This document shows positions 48,395-56,563 of a DNA stretch of 64,000 nucleotides, piece by piece. The stretch is from Enterobacter phage KKP_3711: sequence record PP579741.1. The stretch is one strand, 5' to 3'. The notes beneath the pieces are model-generated. The model was not told the origin of the DNA, searched no databases, and was given only the letters and a program-made list of their open reading frames with translations. Numbering within the stretch: the stretch's first letter is position 1; each line of letters opens with the position of its first letter. The translations under genes were made by a program, and so were the position numbers.

Positions 48395-50107
48395 ATGTCT
48401 ACAATTTTTAACCGTAACTGGGATTCTAATGAGAAACGTTTATTCCTGGGACAAGAGCTGGGTCTAGCAGATTATGTTAATGTTCTGTATCCACAGTTAG
48501 AAGATTTAGCGCTGAAACAGCGTTCACAGTACTGGATTGAAACTGAAATCTCTCTAGAGAATGATAAGAAACAATGGCCACTGCTTCCTGAGCATATTCG
48601 TAAGAAAACCAAATTAAACCTTGGTTGGCAGACTATGGCAGACTCTTTCATTACTCGTGCTCCAGAGAATGCGATTATGAAATTGGTTTCCCGTCCAGAA
48701 TTGGAAGGTATGCTAATTCAGTGGTCTTATTTTGAGAATATTCACAGCCGTGCTTATTCCAACATTATCCGTAACGTACTTCCCGATCCTTCAGAATTTA
48801 TTGATTCTGTAAAAGATAATGAAGAAGCGTTTGCTCGTATCGCAATGCCTGTAGCAGTTCTAGATGAACTTGCAGAAGTAGGGGATTATTTTCTTGCAGT
48901 TCGTGATGCTGAGCCTAATACTTATCCAGAAGATGAACTGGCCAAGGTAACAGAAGAATGTCAGCTCCTTCTGTTAAAAGCATACTTTGCAATTTATGGC
49001 TTAGAAGCTATGATGTTTTACGCTTCTTTTGCATGTACTTTTGCTCTGGCAGAAAATGATATTCTGTCTGGTATTGCTAAAAACTTGCAGTTAATCGCTA
49101 AAGATGAAGCACTGCATACAGTAATGTCTAAAGAGATTCTTCAAATTCTGTTTAAAGAAACTCCAGCACATATTGTAGAAGAAGCTAAATTAGCTGCTCC
49201 ATTAATTCTGCGTGAAATTCTGAAAACAGAAATTAACTGGGCGCACTATATTTTCCCAGATGATGAACCTGGACTGGTGGGTCTTAATGCAGAACTTTTA
49301 GTAGAGTACCTGTATTATATTGGTCGCATTGCTTTCCAGAATATTGGAGTAGCTTGGCCAGAAGATTTACCTGTGATTACTAAAAACCCAATCCCATGGA
49401 TTAACTTCTGGATTGAAACTAAGAATCAACAACCGGCTCCTCAGGAAATTCAGTTGTCCAACTATCGAGTTGGTCAAACTGCTGAAGCTTCTGATGATGA
49501 TATTAGCAAATTAGGGGAAAGAATTCGATTGGTAACAGCTATTTTTGCAGTAGGTTCAGAAGGTCAATTTGGTTATGAAGGGAGACTACCTTGGGGTAGT
49601 TTTCCTCAGGAATTGGAAGCATATCATTCAGCTTTAGAACATGCTTTCACTGCCAATTATAATCCTAGAGTTTTACTAGTAGGATCTAATACGTGGAAGA
49701 GTTTACCTAAAAAAGCAATAGATAGACTTTTAGGTTATACCACCAATGTTTGGGTATTATCTAGCGATGGATTTGTAAATCCTAGAGGTGGAGAAAAACT
49801 CTCAATTTTAACAAATATTGGTTATGCACTTCCTGAAAAGTGGGATCATCATAATGTTGTTTGTATTGGTGGGGCATTTCTTTTAAAAACCCTCTTCGAC
49901 CATTGTCATATTACAAAAGCATACGTTTCCACTATTTATTGGGATAAACTTGTATGGCATCCAGAAACTAAGAGCAGTTTCTTGGCAGATACATGGCTTC
50001 AGCCTCCAATTGAAGATGCTACTAAAGTGCTAATGAAAACAGGTTACATGCTAGTACCAGAACAAGATAATTGTCTACGTTTTAAACAGGAGTTACATTA
50101 CCTTTGA
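48395..50107 (+). CDS. nrdB: RNR small subunit NrdB fused in frame to dihydrofolate reductase (570-aa ORF). DHFR could alternatively initiate internally at ATT 49523 or TTG 49529
   Basis: Residues 1-~376 are NrdB, with di-iron ligands and a C-terminal tail ([19 protein letters not shown]) resembling the E. coli tail ([22 protein letters not shown]). The next residues, [11 protein letters not shown]...RLPWG...[12 protein letters not shown], are the DHFR N-terminal strand and the PWN/GR.TW motifs. There is no stop between the two parts. Confidence 0.75.
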   Translation: MSTIFNRNWDSNEKRLFLGQELGLADYVNVLYPQLEDLALKQRSQYWIETEISLENDKKQWPLLPEHIRKKTKLNLGWQTMADSFITRAPENAIMKLVSRPELEGMLIQWSYFENIHSRAYSNIIRNVLPDPSEFIDSVKDNEEAFARIAMPVAVLDELAEVGDYFLAVRDAEPNTYPEDELAKVTEECQLLLLKAYFAIYGLEAMMFYASFACTFALAENDILSGIAKNLQLIAKDEALHTVMSKEILQILFKETPAHIVEEAKLAAPLILREILKTEINWAHYIFPDDEPGLVGLNAELLVEYLYYIGRIAFQNIGVAWPEDLPVITKNPIPWINFWIETKNQQPAPQEIQLSNYRVGQTAEASDDDISKLGERIRLVTAIFAVGSEGQFGYEGRLPWGSFPQELEAYHSALEHAFTANYNPRVLLVGSNTWKSLPKKAIDRLLGYTTNVWVLSSDGFVNPRGGEKLSILTNIGYALPEKWDHHNVVCIGGAFLLKTLFDHCHITKAYVSTIYWDKLVWHPETKSSFLADTWLQPPIEDATKVLMKTGYMLVPEQDNCLRFKQELHYL

Positions 50108-50958
50108 AACAGTATCTAGAAGTAGGAAAAAGAATCCTTGAAGAAGGTGTATGGGTAACAAATCCTAGGACAGGGGTTCGTTGTCTAACCATAATTGATG
50201 CTGATTTTACGTTCAATGTAGGGGAGGGAGAATTCCCTCTTGTAACTACAAGAAAATCATTTGCAAAACAAGCAATTATGGAACTTATTGGATATCTACG
50301 TGGATATAGTTCTGCTGCTCAATTCCGTGAAATTGGTGTAAATACCTGGAATGCTAATGCTAATGAAAATGAAGCATGGTTAAGGAATACAAACCGTAAA
50401 GGGGAGGATGACATGGGTCGAGTATATGGTGTACAAGGTAGACAATGGACTAATTCTAGAGGAGAGGTATTTGATCAATTAGAGAAAATCTATATGAATC
50501 TTTCTCAACGAGTAGATGATCGGGGGGAGATTTTAACCTTCTGGAATCCAGGAGAGTTTTCTCAAGGTTGCTTACGTCCTTGTATGCATACACATCAATT
50601 CTCTATTTTGGGAGATACTCTTCATTTAAACTCTTTCCAGAGGTCTAATGATTTTCTTCTAGGACAAGTGTTTAATATGGTGCAGTGCTACACGCTCTTA
50701 GCACTAATGGCTCAAATTACAGGTCTTAAACCAGGGTTGGCCAAACAGAAGATCATAAATCTACACGTTTATGAAGATCAGTATAATGTATTAATGGAGC
50801 ATAAACAGTTTGATCGTAAACCTTTTGAAAGTCCAAAACTGTGGATTGATCCTGATATCAAAACTCTGGAAGATGTTCTTACTTGGGTAGATAAAGATTG
50901 TTTCCAAGTATTTGATTATAATCATCACCCTGCAATTTCTTATCCATTTACTGTTTAA
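50104..50958 (+). CDS. thyA: thymidylate synthase, 284 aa, with a TTG start overlapping the preceding stop (TTGA)
   Basis: The N-terminus [15 protein letters not shown] aligns with E. coli ThyA MKQYLELMQKVLDEG. The catalytic region is conserved ([10 protein letters not shown]). Confidence 0.9.
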   Translation: MKQYLEVGKRILEEGVWVTNPRTGVRCLTIIDADFTFNVGEGEFPLVTTRKSFAKQAIMELIGYLRGYSSAAQFREIGVNTWNANANENEAWLRNTNRKGEDDMGRVYGVQGRQWTNSRGEVFDQLEKIYMNLSQRVDDRGEILTFWNPGEFSQGCLRPCMHTHQFSILGDTLHLNSFQRSNDFLLGQVFNMVQCYTLLALMAQITGLKPGLAKQKIINLHVYEDQYNVLMEHKQFDRKPFESPKLWIDPDIKTLEDVLTWVDKDCFQVFDYNHHPAISYPFTV

Positions 50959-50978
50959 GCCTCTTCGGAGGCTTTTAT
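50957..50978 (+). terminator. rho-independent terminator after thyA
   Basis: GCCTC-ttcg-GAGGC hairpin followed by TTTTAT. Confidence 0.5.
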
Positions 50979-51017
50979 ATAAAATTTCTTTTGCCAAACA
51001 GAAAGGATTTTTATATA

Positions 51018-51209
51018 ATGATCACAGAAATTAAGAACAGAGAGCAACTTATAAAATATTTTAACGAGCATGGTAAATTGCACGTTAGTAAATATAGTAA
51101 GGAACACACAAGATTACGAGCTTTGTGTAATAGGTTGCATAAAGAAGGTAAGTTAACTAAATTGACTTGCGCTAACACATTTTTATTCATCCAAGTAAAG
51201 GTAAAATAA
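51018..51209 (+). CDS. hypothetical basic protein, 63 aa, translationally coupled to the HslV-like gene
   Basis: ATG 51018 has an AAGGA SD upstream. The ORF tool's TTG 50991 start is less likely. Its stop overlaps the next start (TAATG). Confidence 0.4.
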   Translation: MITEIKNREQLIKYFNEHGKLHVSKYSKEHTRLRALCNRLHKEGKLTKLTCANTFLFIQVKVK

Positions 51210-51787
51210 TGACAGCTATTGTAGCATTCAAACGTAATGGCAAAGTATTTTTGGCAGGTGATCGTATGGGTTCCAACGGTTATACTAAACAAGTAGTTAG
51301 TGCCCCAAAAATCTTTTCTGTAGGCGAAGATCTTCACTTTGGATATACCCATTCATTTTACATGGGTCAGCTGCTACAGCACATGTTTATTCCGCCTACT
51401 AAAGACCACCGTGATACGGATGATCGTCACCTATTTACTAAAATTGTTCCAGCATTGAAAAAGATGTTTGACGAAAATGATTTTGGTAAGAAAAAAGATG
51501 ATACAGATAATGAACCTGATTATGGTCAATTTCTCATGGTTTATAAAAATCGTATTTTCGTATTCCAAGGCAACTCCTCTATCTTAGAGTATGATTTTGC
51601 TGGTGTAGGTTGTGGCGGTGATGATGTAGTTACTAGTATTAACACGGCTTTGGATTTGCTAGATGATAATGCAGGTGATGAAGATATTGAGTTTGTAATT
51701 GAACGAGCTTTCTATCATTCTAGCATTATCTACACTGGAGTATCTAGTGAACATGACGTAATCATTATCGGAGGTAAAAATGCCTAA
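51209..51787 (+). CDS. HslV / proteasome-beta-like Ntn-hydrolase peptidase homolog, 192 aa
   Basis: The N-terminus MTAIVAFKRNGKVFLAGDRM aligns with HslV [19 protein letters not shown]. Thr is residue 2, so it becomes the N-terminal nucleophile once Met is removed. Lys33 is conserved. GVGCGGDD aligns with the HslV GSGG motif. Confidence 0.6.
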   Translation: MTAIVAFKRNGKVFLAGDRMGSNGYTKQVVSAPKIFSVGEDLHFGYTHSFYMGQLLQHMFIPPTKDHRDTDDRHLFTKIVPALKKMFDENDFGKKKDDTDNEPDYGQFLMVYKNRIFVFQGNSSILEYDFAGVGCGGDDVVTSINTALDLLDDNAGDEDIEFVIERAFYHSSIIYTGVSSEHDVIIIGGKNA

Positions 51788-52262
51788 GTTTGTAGTATAT
51801 ACTGATGGTGGCTGTCGTGGAAATGGTAAGTCTGATGCTGTAGGTGCCTGGGCATTTATTGTTTATGACTACCAAGGTAAGCGTATTGGTAGTAAATCTG
51901 ACTGGCAGATTGGTTGTACTAATAATCAAATGGAAATGGCTGCTGTTCGTCAGGCATTAAGTTGGGCTAATAAACATGGCTACCAGATTGAAATTTATAT
52001 TGACTCTAACTTTGTTAAACAAGGTTGTGAATCTTGGCTTTGGTCTTGGGCTAAGAAAAATTGGCGTAAGTCTGATGGAGAAGTAGTTCTCAACAAGGAA
52101 CTATGGCAACAGATTCATAAAGAACTCAGTGCATATATGGATAAGCACCGTGAAATTCCTACCTTTGTCAAAGTAAAGGGTCACTCAGGTGATCCACAAA
52201 ATGATGAAGTGGACAATCTCTGTAATGTTCGTATGACAGAAGCTGAGATGGAAATGATGTAA
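51780..52262 (+). CDS. rnh: ribonuclease H (RNase HI family), 160 aa
   Basis: The RNase H catalytic motifs TDGGC and NNQMEMAAV are present. Its start overlaps the end of the previous gene. Confidence 0.8.
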   Translation: MPKFVVYTDGGCRGNGKSDAVGAWAFIVYDYQGKRIGSKSDWQIGCTNNQMEMAAVRQALSWANKHGYQIEIYIDSNFVKQGCESWLWSWAKKNWRKSDGEVVLNKELWQQIHKELSAYMDKHREIPTFVKVKGHSGDPQNDEVDNLCNVRMTEAEMEMM

Positions 52263-52270
52263 AAATTTGG

Positions 52271-52299
52271 TTGCTTTTCATCGAAAATTAAAGTATAAT
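52271..52299 (+). promoter_or_regulatory. T5 early promoter (TTGCTT-N17-TATAAT)
   Basis: -35 at 52271-52276 and -10 at 52294-52299. The downstream sequence ATTTATATAAATTGATGAGGAG is the conserved element. Confidence 0.6.
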
Positions 52300-52328
52300 A
52301 TTTATATAAATTGATGAGGAGCAACTTA

Positions 52329-52565
52329 ATGAAAACAATCATCATTATGATAAATAATGTGCCAGTATTAGTTATTCAAACTAATTGTTGGCAAGAGTTT
52401 ATTGATAAATTGTGTTCTGGCGCTTTAGTAGAAGATATGAACACAAATATTCAACTCAAAGAACTAAGTCAAAACTGGAGCAATTATAAGTTCTCTGAAC
52501 TAGAGAATGTTTGGTTCCGTTTAGGATTTGACATTTTATCATTTAAAGAGGTTCCAATTGTATAA
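52329..52565 (+). CDS. hypothetical protein, 78 aa
   Basis: ATG 52329 is preceded by a GAGGAG SD. It is the first gene after promoter 52271. Confidence 0.45.
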   Translation: MKTIIIMINNVPVLVIQTNCWQEFIDKLCSGALVEDMNTNIQLKELSQNWSNYKFSELENVWFRLGFDILSFKEVPIV

Positions 52566-52845
52566 TGAAAAGAACCCGCTTGGATTTATCCCAAAAAGAA
52601 ATCCAAAAGCTACTTCTAGACGAAGTATTAAACCAGCTAACATCGGGGAACCCTCTACGCGTCTTCCGCCAGCCCCAAAAAGTCGTTTTGTCGATTATGG
52701 GGAGAATCACGAGGAAATGCTTGCGAGAGAAGCTAAAGCACAAGCTGAAATAGAACGTAAGAAACTGTGTACAGGCATCCTCTATAATAAAGGAGGATAT
52801 CAGTATATTTATTCAGAGGAACAAGCAAAAAATCTTGGAAAGTAA
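52528..52845 (+). CDS. hypothetical protein (start uncertain)
   Basis: This frame uses more A/T at third codon positions than the overlapping 52565..52753 frame, which fits the codon usage of the rest of the phage. A protein-like C-terminal segment is present (HEEMLAREAKAQAEIERKK). Confidence 0.3.
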   Translation: MTFYHLKRFQLYNEKNPLGFIPKRNPKATSRRSIKPANIGEPSTRLPPAPKSRFVDYGENHEEMLAREAKAQAEIERKKLCTGILYNKGGYQYIYSEEQAKNLGK

Positions 52846-53365
52846 GTTATCAAACGAAGAATTAATAGGAATAGATACTCTTAAACAAAGGATAGATTAT
52901 GACCCTGTTAAAGGTACCTTAACTTGGAAATTCTTACCTGAAGGTATTCCCGATCCATCAGGATTTAATAAAAGACTAGCAGGAAAAGTAATAACCACAT
53001 TAAAAAATGGTTATATATCTTTACAATTAAATGGTATACAGTTATACGGACATAGAGTAGCTTTCTACTTATATCATGAATGGCTCCCAGTACAGGTAGA
53101 TCACGAAGACAGAGTCAGATCCAATATTAAGATAGACAATTTAAGGCCTGCTTCTCATTCTGAAAATATGAGAAATAGAACCGTTTCTTCAAAATCTGCT
53201 CTAGGCATTAAAAATGTAAGTATGGACTCGAAAGGCCTTTATTATGTAAAAATACGTTTTGAAGGTAAAAGATTAAGTAATTCTTTCGCAACGTTAGAAG
53301 CAGCCATTAGATGGAGAGATGAAAAATTACTAAGTTTACATGGTGACTTCGCGTCCTGTGGCTAG
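52835..53365 (+). CDS. HNH homing-endonuclease-like protein (HNH plus AP2-type DNA-binding domain), 176 aa, TTG start
   Basis: YGHRVAFYLYHEWLP..VDHEDRVRSNIKIDNLRPASHSENMRNR carries the HNH core (H-N-H with DH..N..NL). The C-terminal part is AP2-like (GIKNVSMDSKGLYYVKIRFEGKRLSNSFATLEAAIRWRD). Confidence 0.65.
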   Translation: MESKLSNEELIGIDTLKQRIDYDPVKGTLTWKFLPEGIPDPSGFNKRLAGKVITTLKNGYISLQLNGIQLYGHRVAFYLYHEWLPVQVDHEDRVRSNIKIDNLRPASHSENMRNRTVSSKSALGIKNVSMDSKGLYYVKIRFEGKRLSNSFATLEAAIRWRDEKLLSLHGDFASCG

Positions 53366-53393
53366 TAGCTTACTAAAAAGTTTAAAAATTTAC

Positions 53394-53422
53394 TTGCTTA
53401 ACATCACGTTTTAACGTATAAT
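53394..53422 (+). promoter_or_regulatory. T5 early promoter (TTGCTT-N17-TATAAT)
   Basis: -35 at 53394-53399 and -10 at 53417-53422. An AAAGGAAAACAAAT leader follows. Confidence 0.6.
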
Positions 53423-53458
53423 ATATTTCTAAATTCGAGAACAAAAGGAAAACAAATA

Positions 53459-53956
53459 ATGGCAAAAGCAAAGAAAGCAGCTCAGAAAGTTGAAGTAGTA
53501 GTTAACACCAAAACTGAGCAGAACCGTGCTCGTCGTCTGGCTAAGCACCAGAAAGCTCATCCGAACGACAAGCAAGCGGCTCGTGCTTCCGCAACTGCTC
53601 CTGTTCGTAAAAAATCTAAAGCTAAAGGTAACTTCCCTGCTCCGGTAGTGAAGATTCGTGATGCTGCTGGTAATCTGATCCATCGTGGTGCTATTTACGG
53701 TTTTGTACCTGATGCCCCTCGTAAGCGTGAAGAAATCATGGCTGAAAAACAGCCGTTCTATGACTTCATGGTGCGTGGTGTAGCTTCTTTTGGTGATATT
53801 AAGCCAACTGAAGATCAGATCAAGGAGAATGTAAAAGCCCTGTGCTTTGGTCTGGGTATTCAGTATACTGGTCGTCGTGCTGGTGAACGTAAAGGTAGTC
53901 GTGTGCCTGGTAAAGGGAACAAACAGCGTGCCCCTCATCAGCGTAAAGCTAAATAA
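53459..53956 (+). CDS. highly basic hypothetical protein, 165 aa, with E. coli high-expression-type codon usage
   Basis: MAKAKKAAQKVE...RKKSKAKG...QRKAK is Lys/Arg-rich. Codons are dominated by CGT, CTG, GGT, GCT and AAA, unlike the neighbouring AT-rich genes. It sits directly behind a consensus promoter and is followed by a terminator. Confidence 0.55.
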   Translation: MAKAKKAAQKVEVVVNTKTEQNRARRLAKHQKAHPNDKQAARASATAPVRKKSKAKGNFPAPVVKIRDAAGNLIHRGAIYGFVPDAPRKREEIMAEKQPFYDFMVRGVASFGDIKPTEDQIKENVKALCFGLGIQYTGRRAGERKGSRVPGKGNKQRAPHQRKAK

Positions 53957-53964
53957 TTAATAGA

Positions 53965-53989
53965 GGGAGGCTTCGGCCTCCTATCTTTT
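53965..53989 (+). terminator. rho-independent terminator
   Basis: GGAGGC-ttcg-GCCTCC hairpin followed by TATCTTTT. Confidence 0.55.
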
Positions 53990-53999
53990 GGAGAATAAA

Positions 54000-54257
54000 A
54001 TGACTGGATTTCAGAAAGATATTTTAAGAGTAGCTATTACCAGATTGTTTAATGAACAGGCTGTACAAGTAACTAAAACAGAATACCCACATATCTTCAG
54101 ATTTGATTTGTGTGGTAGTCAGTTTGATAATGATTTTCATTTGAAGATTCACTGGTTTGATTTTGAGGATGAAACTCAGAATTACTTTGATGGTTTCTTT
54201 CATACCTTAGAAGAAGCAAAAGAGTGTTTTGACAAGTACTGCAAGGAGTACCTATGA
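54000..54257 (+). CDS. hypothetical protein, 85 aa
   Basis: ATG 54000 is preceded by a GGAG SD. Confidence 0.45.
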   Translation: MTGFQKDILRVAITRLFNEQAVQVTKTEYPHIFRFDLCGSQFDNDFHLKIHWFDFEDETQNYFDGFFHTLEEAKECFDKYCKEYL

Positions 54258-54499
54258 GAAATTTTGTAGCTAAAAATGATTTCAATCGTGGTGGAGCACA
54301 TAAGTCTCCTCGTGACTACACCAGAGCTTCTAAGCAAAGTTTGCTATATGAAGCTCATGAATATAAATATCAGCAATATGATTATATTGACCCTAGCATG
54401 GAAGAAGATTGGGGAGTCCATTGGGAAGATGGAGAAGAAGACTTACCGCTGAAAGATCCCAAACAGTGGGAGTCTAGCAATAAGACCGCTTATTGCTAG
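54254..54499 (+). CDS. hypothetical acidic protein, 81 aa
   Basis: ORF with an ATGA overlap to the upstream gene. Confidence 0.45.
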   Translation: MRNFVAKNDFNRGGAHKSPRDYTRASKQSLLYEAHEYKYQQYDYIDPSMEEDWGVHWEDGEEDLPLKDPKQWESSNKTAYC

Positions 54500-54519
54500 A
54501 TTTCTATAAAGGAAAAACT

Positions 54520-55200
54520 ATGATAAATAAATTTGGTGTTCTAGATATTGAAACTCTAGGAACCCCTGGAGATTGTGGTACTACACATGTGGCTATGCCA
54601 AGTGCGGCCTTTGTAATCTGGAAAGGCAAAGATGTGTTGCCAAGCATTTATTACGGCATATATAATGTTTCTGAACAGCTTTATATGGGTGCTAAAGTAT
54701 CCACAGGAACTATTGCATTTTGGATGAATGAAGCTAAACATAATTCTGCCGCACAAGAAATTATTGATATTTTGCTTTCTAATAAAGCAGGAGTCCAAAT
54801 TTGGAATCATGTGCATAATGGGAAATTCATCCCTGTTGATTCTAATGCTGATGTAAATAGACACATCTCCAGTTTAATGTCAGCTAACAACTATAATTCC
54901 TTACGCTTTTATGGTAATGGTCCAGATTTTGATATGACTATTTTCGAAGCTAATGGTTATCATTCAAATGCTGGGACTGCTGTCGTGCCTTGGAAATTTT
55001 GGGCTGTACGTTCTGCTCGTAATGCTAACGAACATGATGTTGTAATGGCCGATATCAAGAAAGATGCAGAAGTTTGGGCACATAGAGTATTTAAAGAATA
55101 TAATATGATGGGTAGAACTAATCATACACCTTCTAAACACAATGCAATTTATGATGCTCTAGTAGAGGCATATATTATCGCACAAACCTGTGAAGCGTGA
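54520..55200 (+). CDS. DEDDh 3'-5' exonuclease (DnaQ / RNase T-like), ~226 aa
   Basis: Exo I motif VLDIETLG and Exo III motif H..IYDALVEAYI. ATG 54520 is preceded by an AAGGA SD. Confidence 0.6.
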   Translation: MINKFGVLDIETLGTPGDCGTTHVAMPSAAFVIWKGKDVLPSIYYGIYNVSEQLYMGAKVSTGTIAFWMNEAKHNSAAQEIIDILLSNKAGVQIWNHVHNGKFIPVDSNADVNRHISSLMSANNYNSLRFYGNGPDFDMTIFEANGYHSNAGTAVVPWKFWAVRSARNANEHDVVMADIKKDAEVWAHRVFKEYNMMGRTNHTPSKHNAIYDALVEAYIIAQTCEA

Positions 55201-55216
55201 TTTTGAAAAATTTCAC

Positions 55217-55245
55217 TTGCTAATCTGCTAGATTTAACGTATAAT
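55217..55245 (+). promoter_or_regulatory. T5 early promoter (TTGCTA-N17-TATAAT)
   Basis: -35 at 55217-55222 and -10 at 55240-55245. The leader AAAAGGAAATAAAG is almost identical to that of promoter 53394. Confidence 0.6.
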
Positions 55246-55280
55246 ATATCTTATAAATTTGACAACAAAAGGAAATAAAG

Positions 55281-55478
55281 ATGCCAGTATCTCGTAAAAC
55301 TCGTACTAATGGTAAGTTCAAAAATAAAGTAAAATCTCGTAATGTTTCTGTTCGTCAGCTTGGCGATCGTATTAATGGTGTACAGAAAATTCTGCAACTG
55401 ATGAATCGTGCTACCCAAGGTCGTATTGACGCTTCTGAAAACAAAGCATTTATTACTGCTACTCAGCTCGGCCTGTAA
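55281..55478 (+). CDS. small basic hypothetical protein, 65 aa, with high-expression codon usage
   Basis: MPVSRKTRTNGKFKNKVKSRNVSVRQLG. Codons are enriched for CGT and AAA. It is the first gene after promoter 55217. Confidence 0.5.
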   Translation: MPVSRKTRTNGKFKNKVKSRNVSVRQLGDRINGVQKILQLMNRATQGRIDASENKAFITATQLGL

Positions 55479-55537
55479 TACTTTATTTAACTAATCAAAT
55501 TCAAATTCAAATTTAAGCTTAAAACGAGGAAAGATAT

Positions 55538-56179
55538 ATGACACAACAGATCACTGTTACCCGCGCACTGGCTACTTCCAAAGCTCTGTCTGAAAAGATT
55601 GAGCGTGCTATTACTCGACTGAAGCTGTATGCTACAGCAGAAGGTCAGGGTGCTCTGAAACGCATTAACGGTTTCCGTGAAGGTGTTAAAGAGGAAGAAG
55701 TAACCGAAGCAATGAAACGTGATTATCAATCCGTACAGGATATGATCACACAACGCGCTGCCCTGAAAGCCGCAGTGGTTGCTAGCAACGCTGTTACGAA
55801 AGTAACAATTGCTGGTAAAGAAATGACAGTTGCTGAGGCAATTGAGCATAAAACCACTATTGGTTTCAAGGTTCAGCTTCTGGCTCAGTTGCGTAAGCAG
55901 CATTTGCTGTTAACCACTGAGGTACGTAACCAGCGTGCTTCTTTCGAGGAAAAGCTGGTTAAAGCAGAAGAGAATCTGTACGGGCGTGACAAGAAAGTTA
56001 CGGATGATGAACGTAAAGTAGCCACTAATCCTGTCTATGCTCGTTCTGAGCCTACTTCCCTTGACCCAATCAAGCTGGAAGAGGAGATTCGTAATCTGGA
56101 GAAAGAAATCGAAGATTTCCGATCTGAGGTTGATTTCGTTCTGTCCGAATCTAACGCTAAGACTCTGGTCAACGCGTAA
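55538..56179 (+). CDS. hypothetical alpha-helical protein, 213 aa, with high-expression codon usage
   Basis: ORF with an AGGAAAG SD. Codons are enriched for CTG, CGT, GCT and GGT. A terminator follows. Confidence 0.5.
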   Translation: MTQQITVTRALATSKALSEKIERAITRLKLYATAEGQGALKRINGFREGVKEEEVTEAMKRDYQSVQDMITQRAALKAAVVASNAVTKVTIAGKEMTVAEAIEHKTTIGFKVQLLAQLRKQHLLLTTEVRNQRASFEEKLVKAEENLYGRDKKVTDDERKVATNPVYARSEPTSLDPIKLEEEIRNLEKEIEDFRSEVDFVLSESNAKTLVNA

Positions 56180-56184
56180 TGCTC

Positions 56185-56209
56185 TTGCCCTAGAAATAGG
56201 GCAATTTTA
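56185..56209 (+). terminator. rho-independent terminator
   Basis: TTGCCCTA-gaaa-TAGGGCAA hairpin followed by TTTT. Confidence 0.6.
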
Positions 56210-56377
56210 AAATCACTTTGTTCAGTAGATGAAGAAGTACGTCATCTTACCTCTCAAGCGGCCACATTGGAGGAAAAACTTAGGTGGCCGACCATTATAC
56301 TATTAAATACATATGATGAATGTATTTCAGTCGTTTATACTGAAAAAGACAATCTCTCGCGAAGAGAAACCTCTTAA

Positions 56378-56420
56378 AGTTCAACGATCAAAGTTCAATG
56401 GTCAAAGCTCAAACTTTAAC
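56378..56420. repeat. three tandem ~14-bp repeats (GTTCAACGATCAAA / GTTCAATGGTCAAA / GCTCAAACTTTAAC) in a 285-bp region without an ORF
   Basis: Direct repeats seen in the intergenic region 56213-56497. That region also contains a GCGGCCAC...GTGGCCG stem and a TCTCTcgcgaaGAGA palindrome. Confidence 0.4.
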
Positions 56421-56563
56421 TTTTAAACGTTAAATACTAAAGCTGAAAGAACAAAGTTTATCCAAAACCTAGGGTAATAGCTCACGACTCATAAGATATG
56501 GTCTGTACCGCTACTAGGCTATTTATTGGACAAAGTGATTCTAAAATTAAAAAGGAGACAAAT

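Noticed and set aside
50991-51017. TTG start at 50991 for the small gene upstream of the HslV-like ORF, and a TTGCCA-N17-TATAAT match at 50992-51017
   Set aside because: The -10 hexamer would abut the ATG at 51018, so a transcript from it would be leaderless or start inside the gene. ATG 51018 with an AAGGA SD is the more plausible start. The promoter match may be chance in AT-rich DNA.
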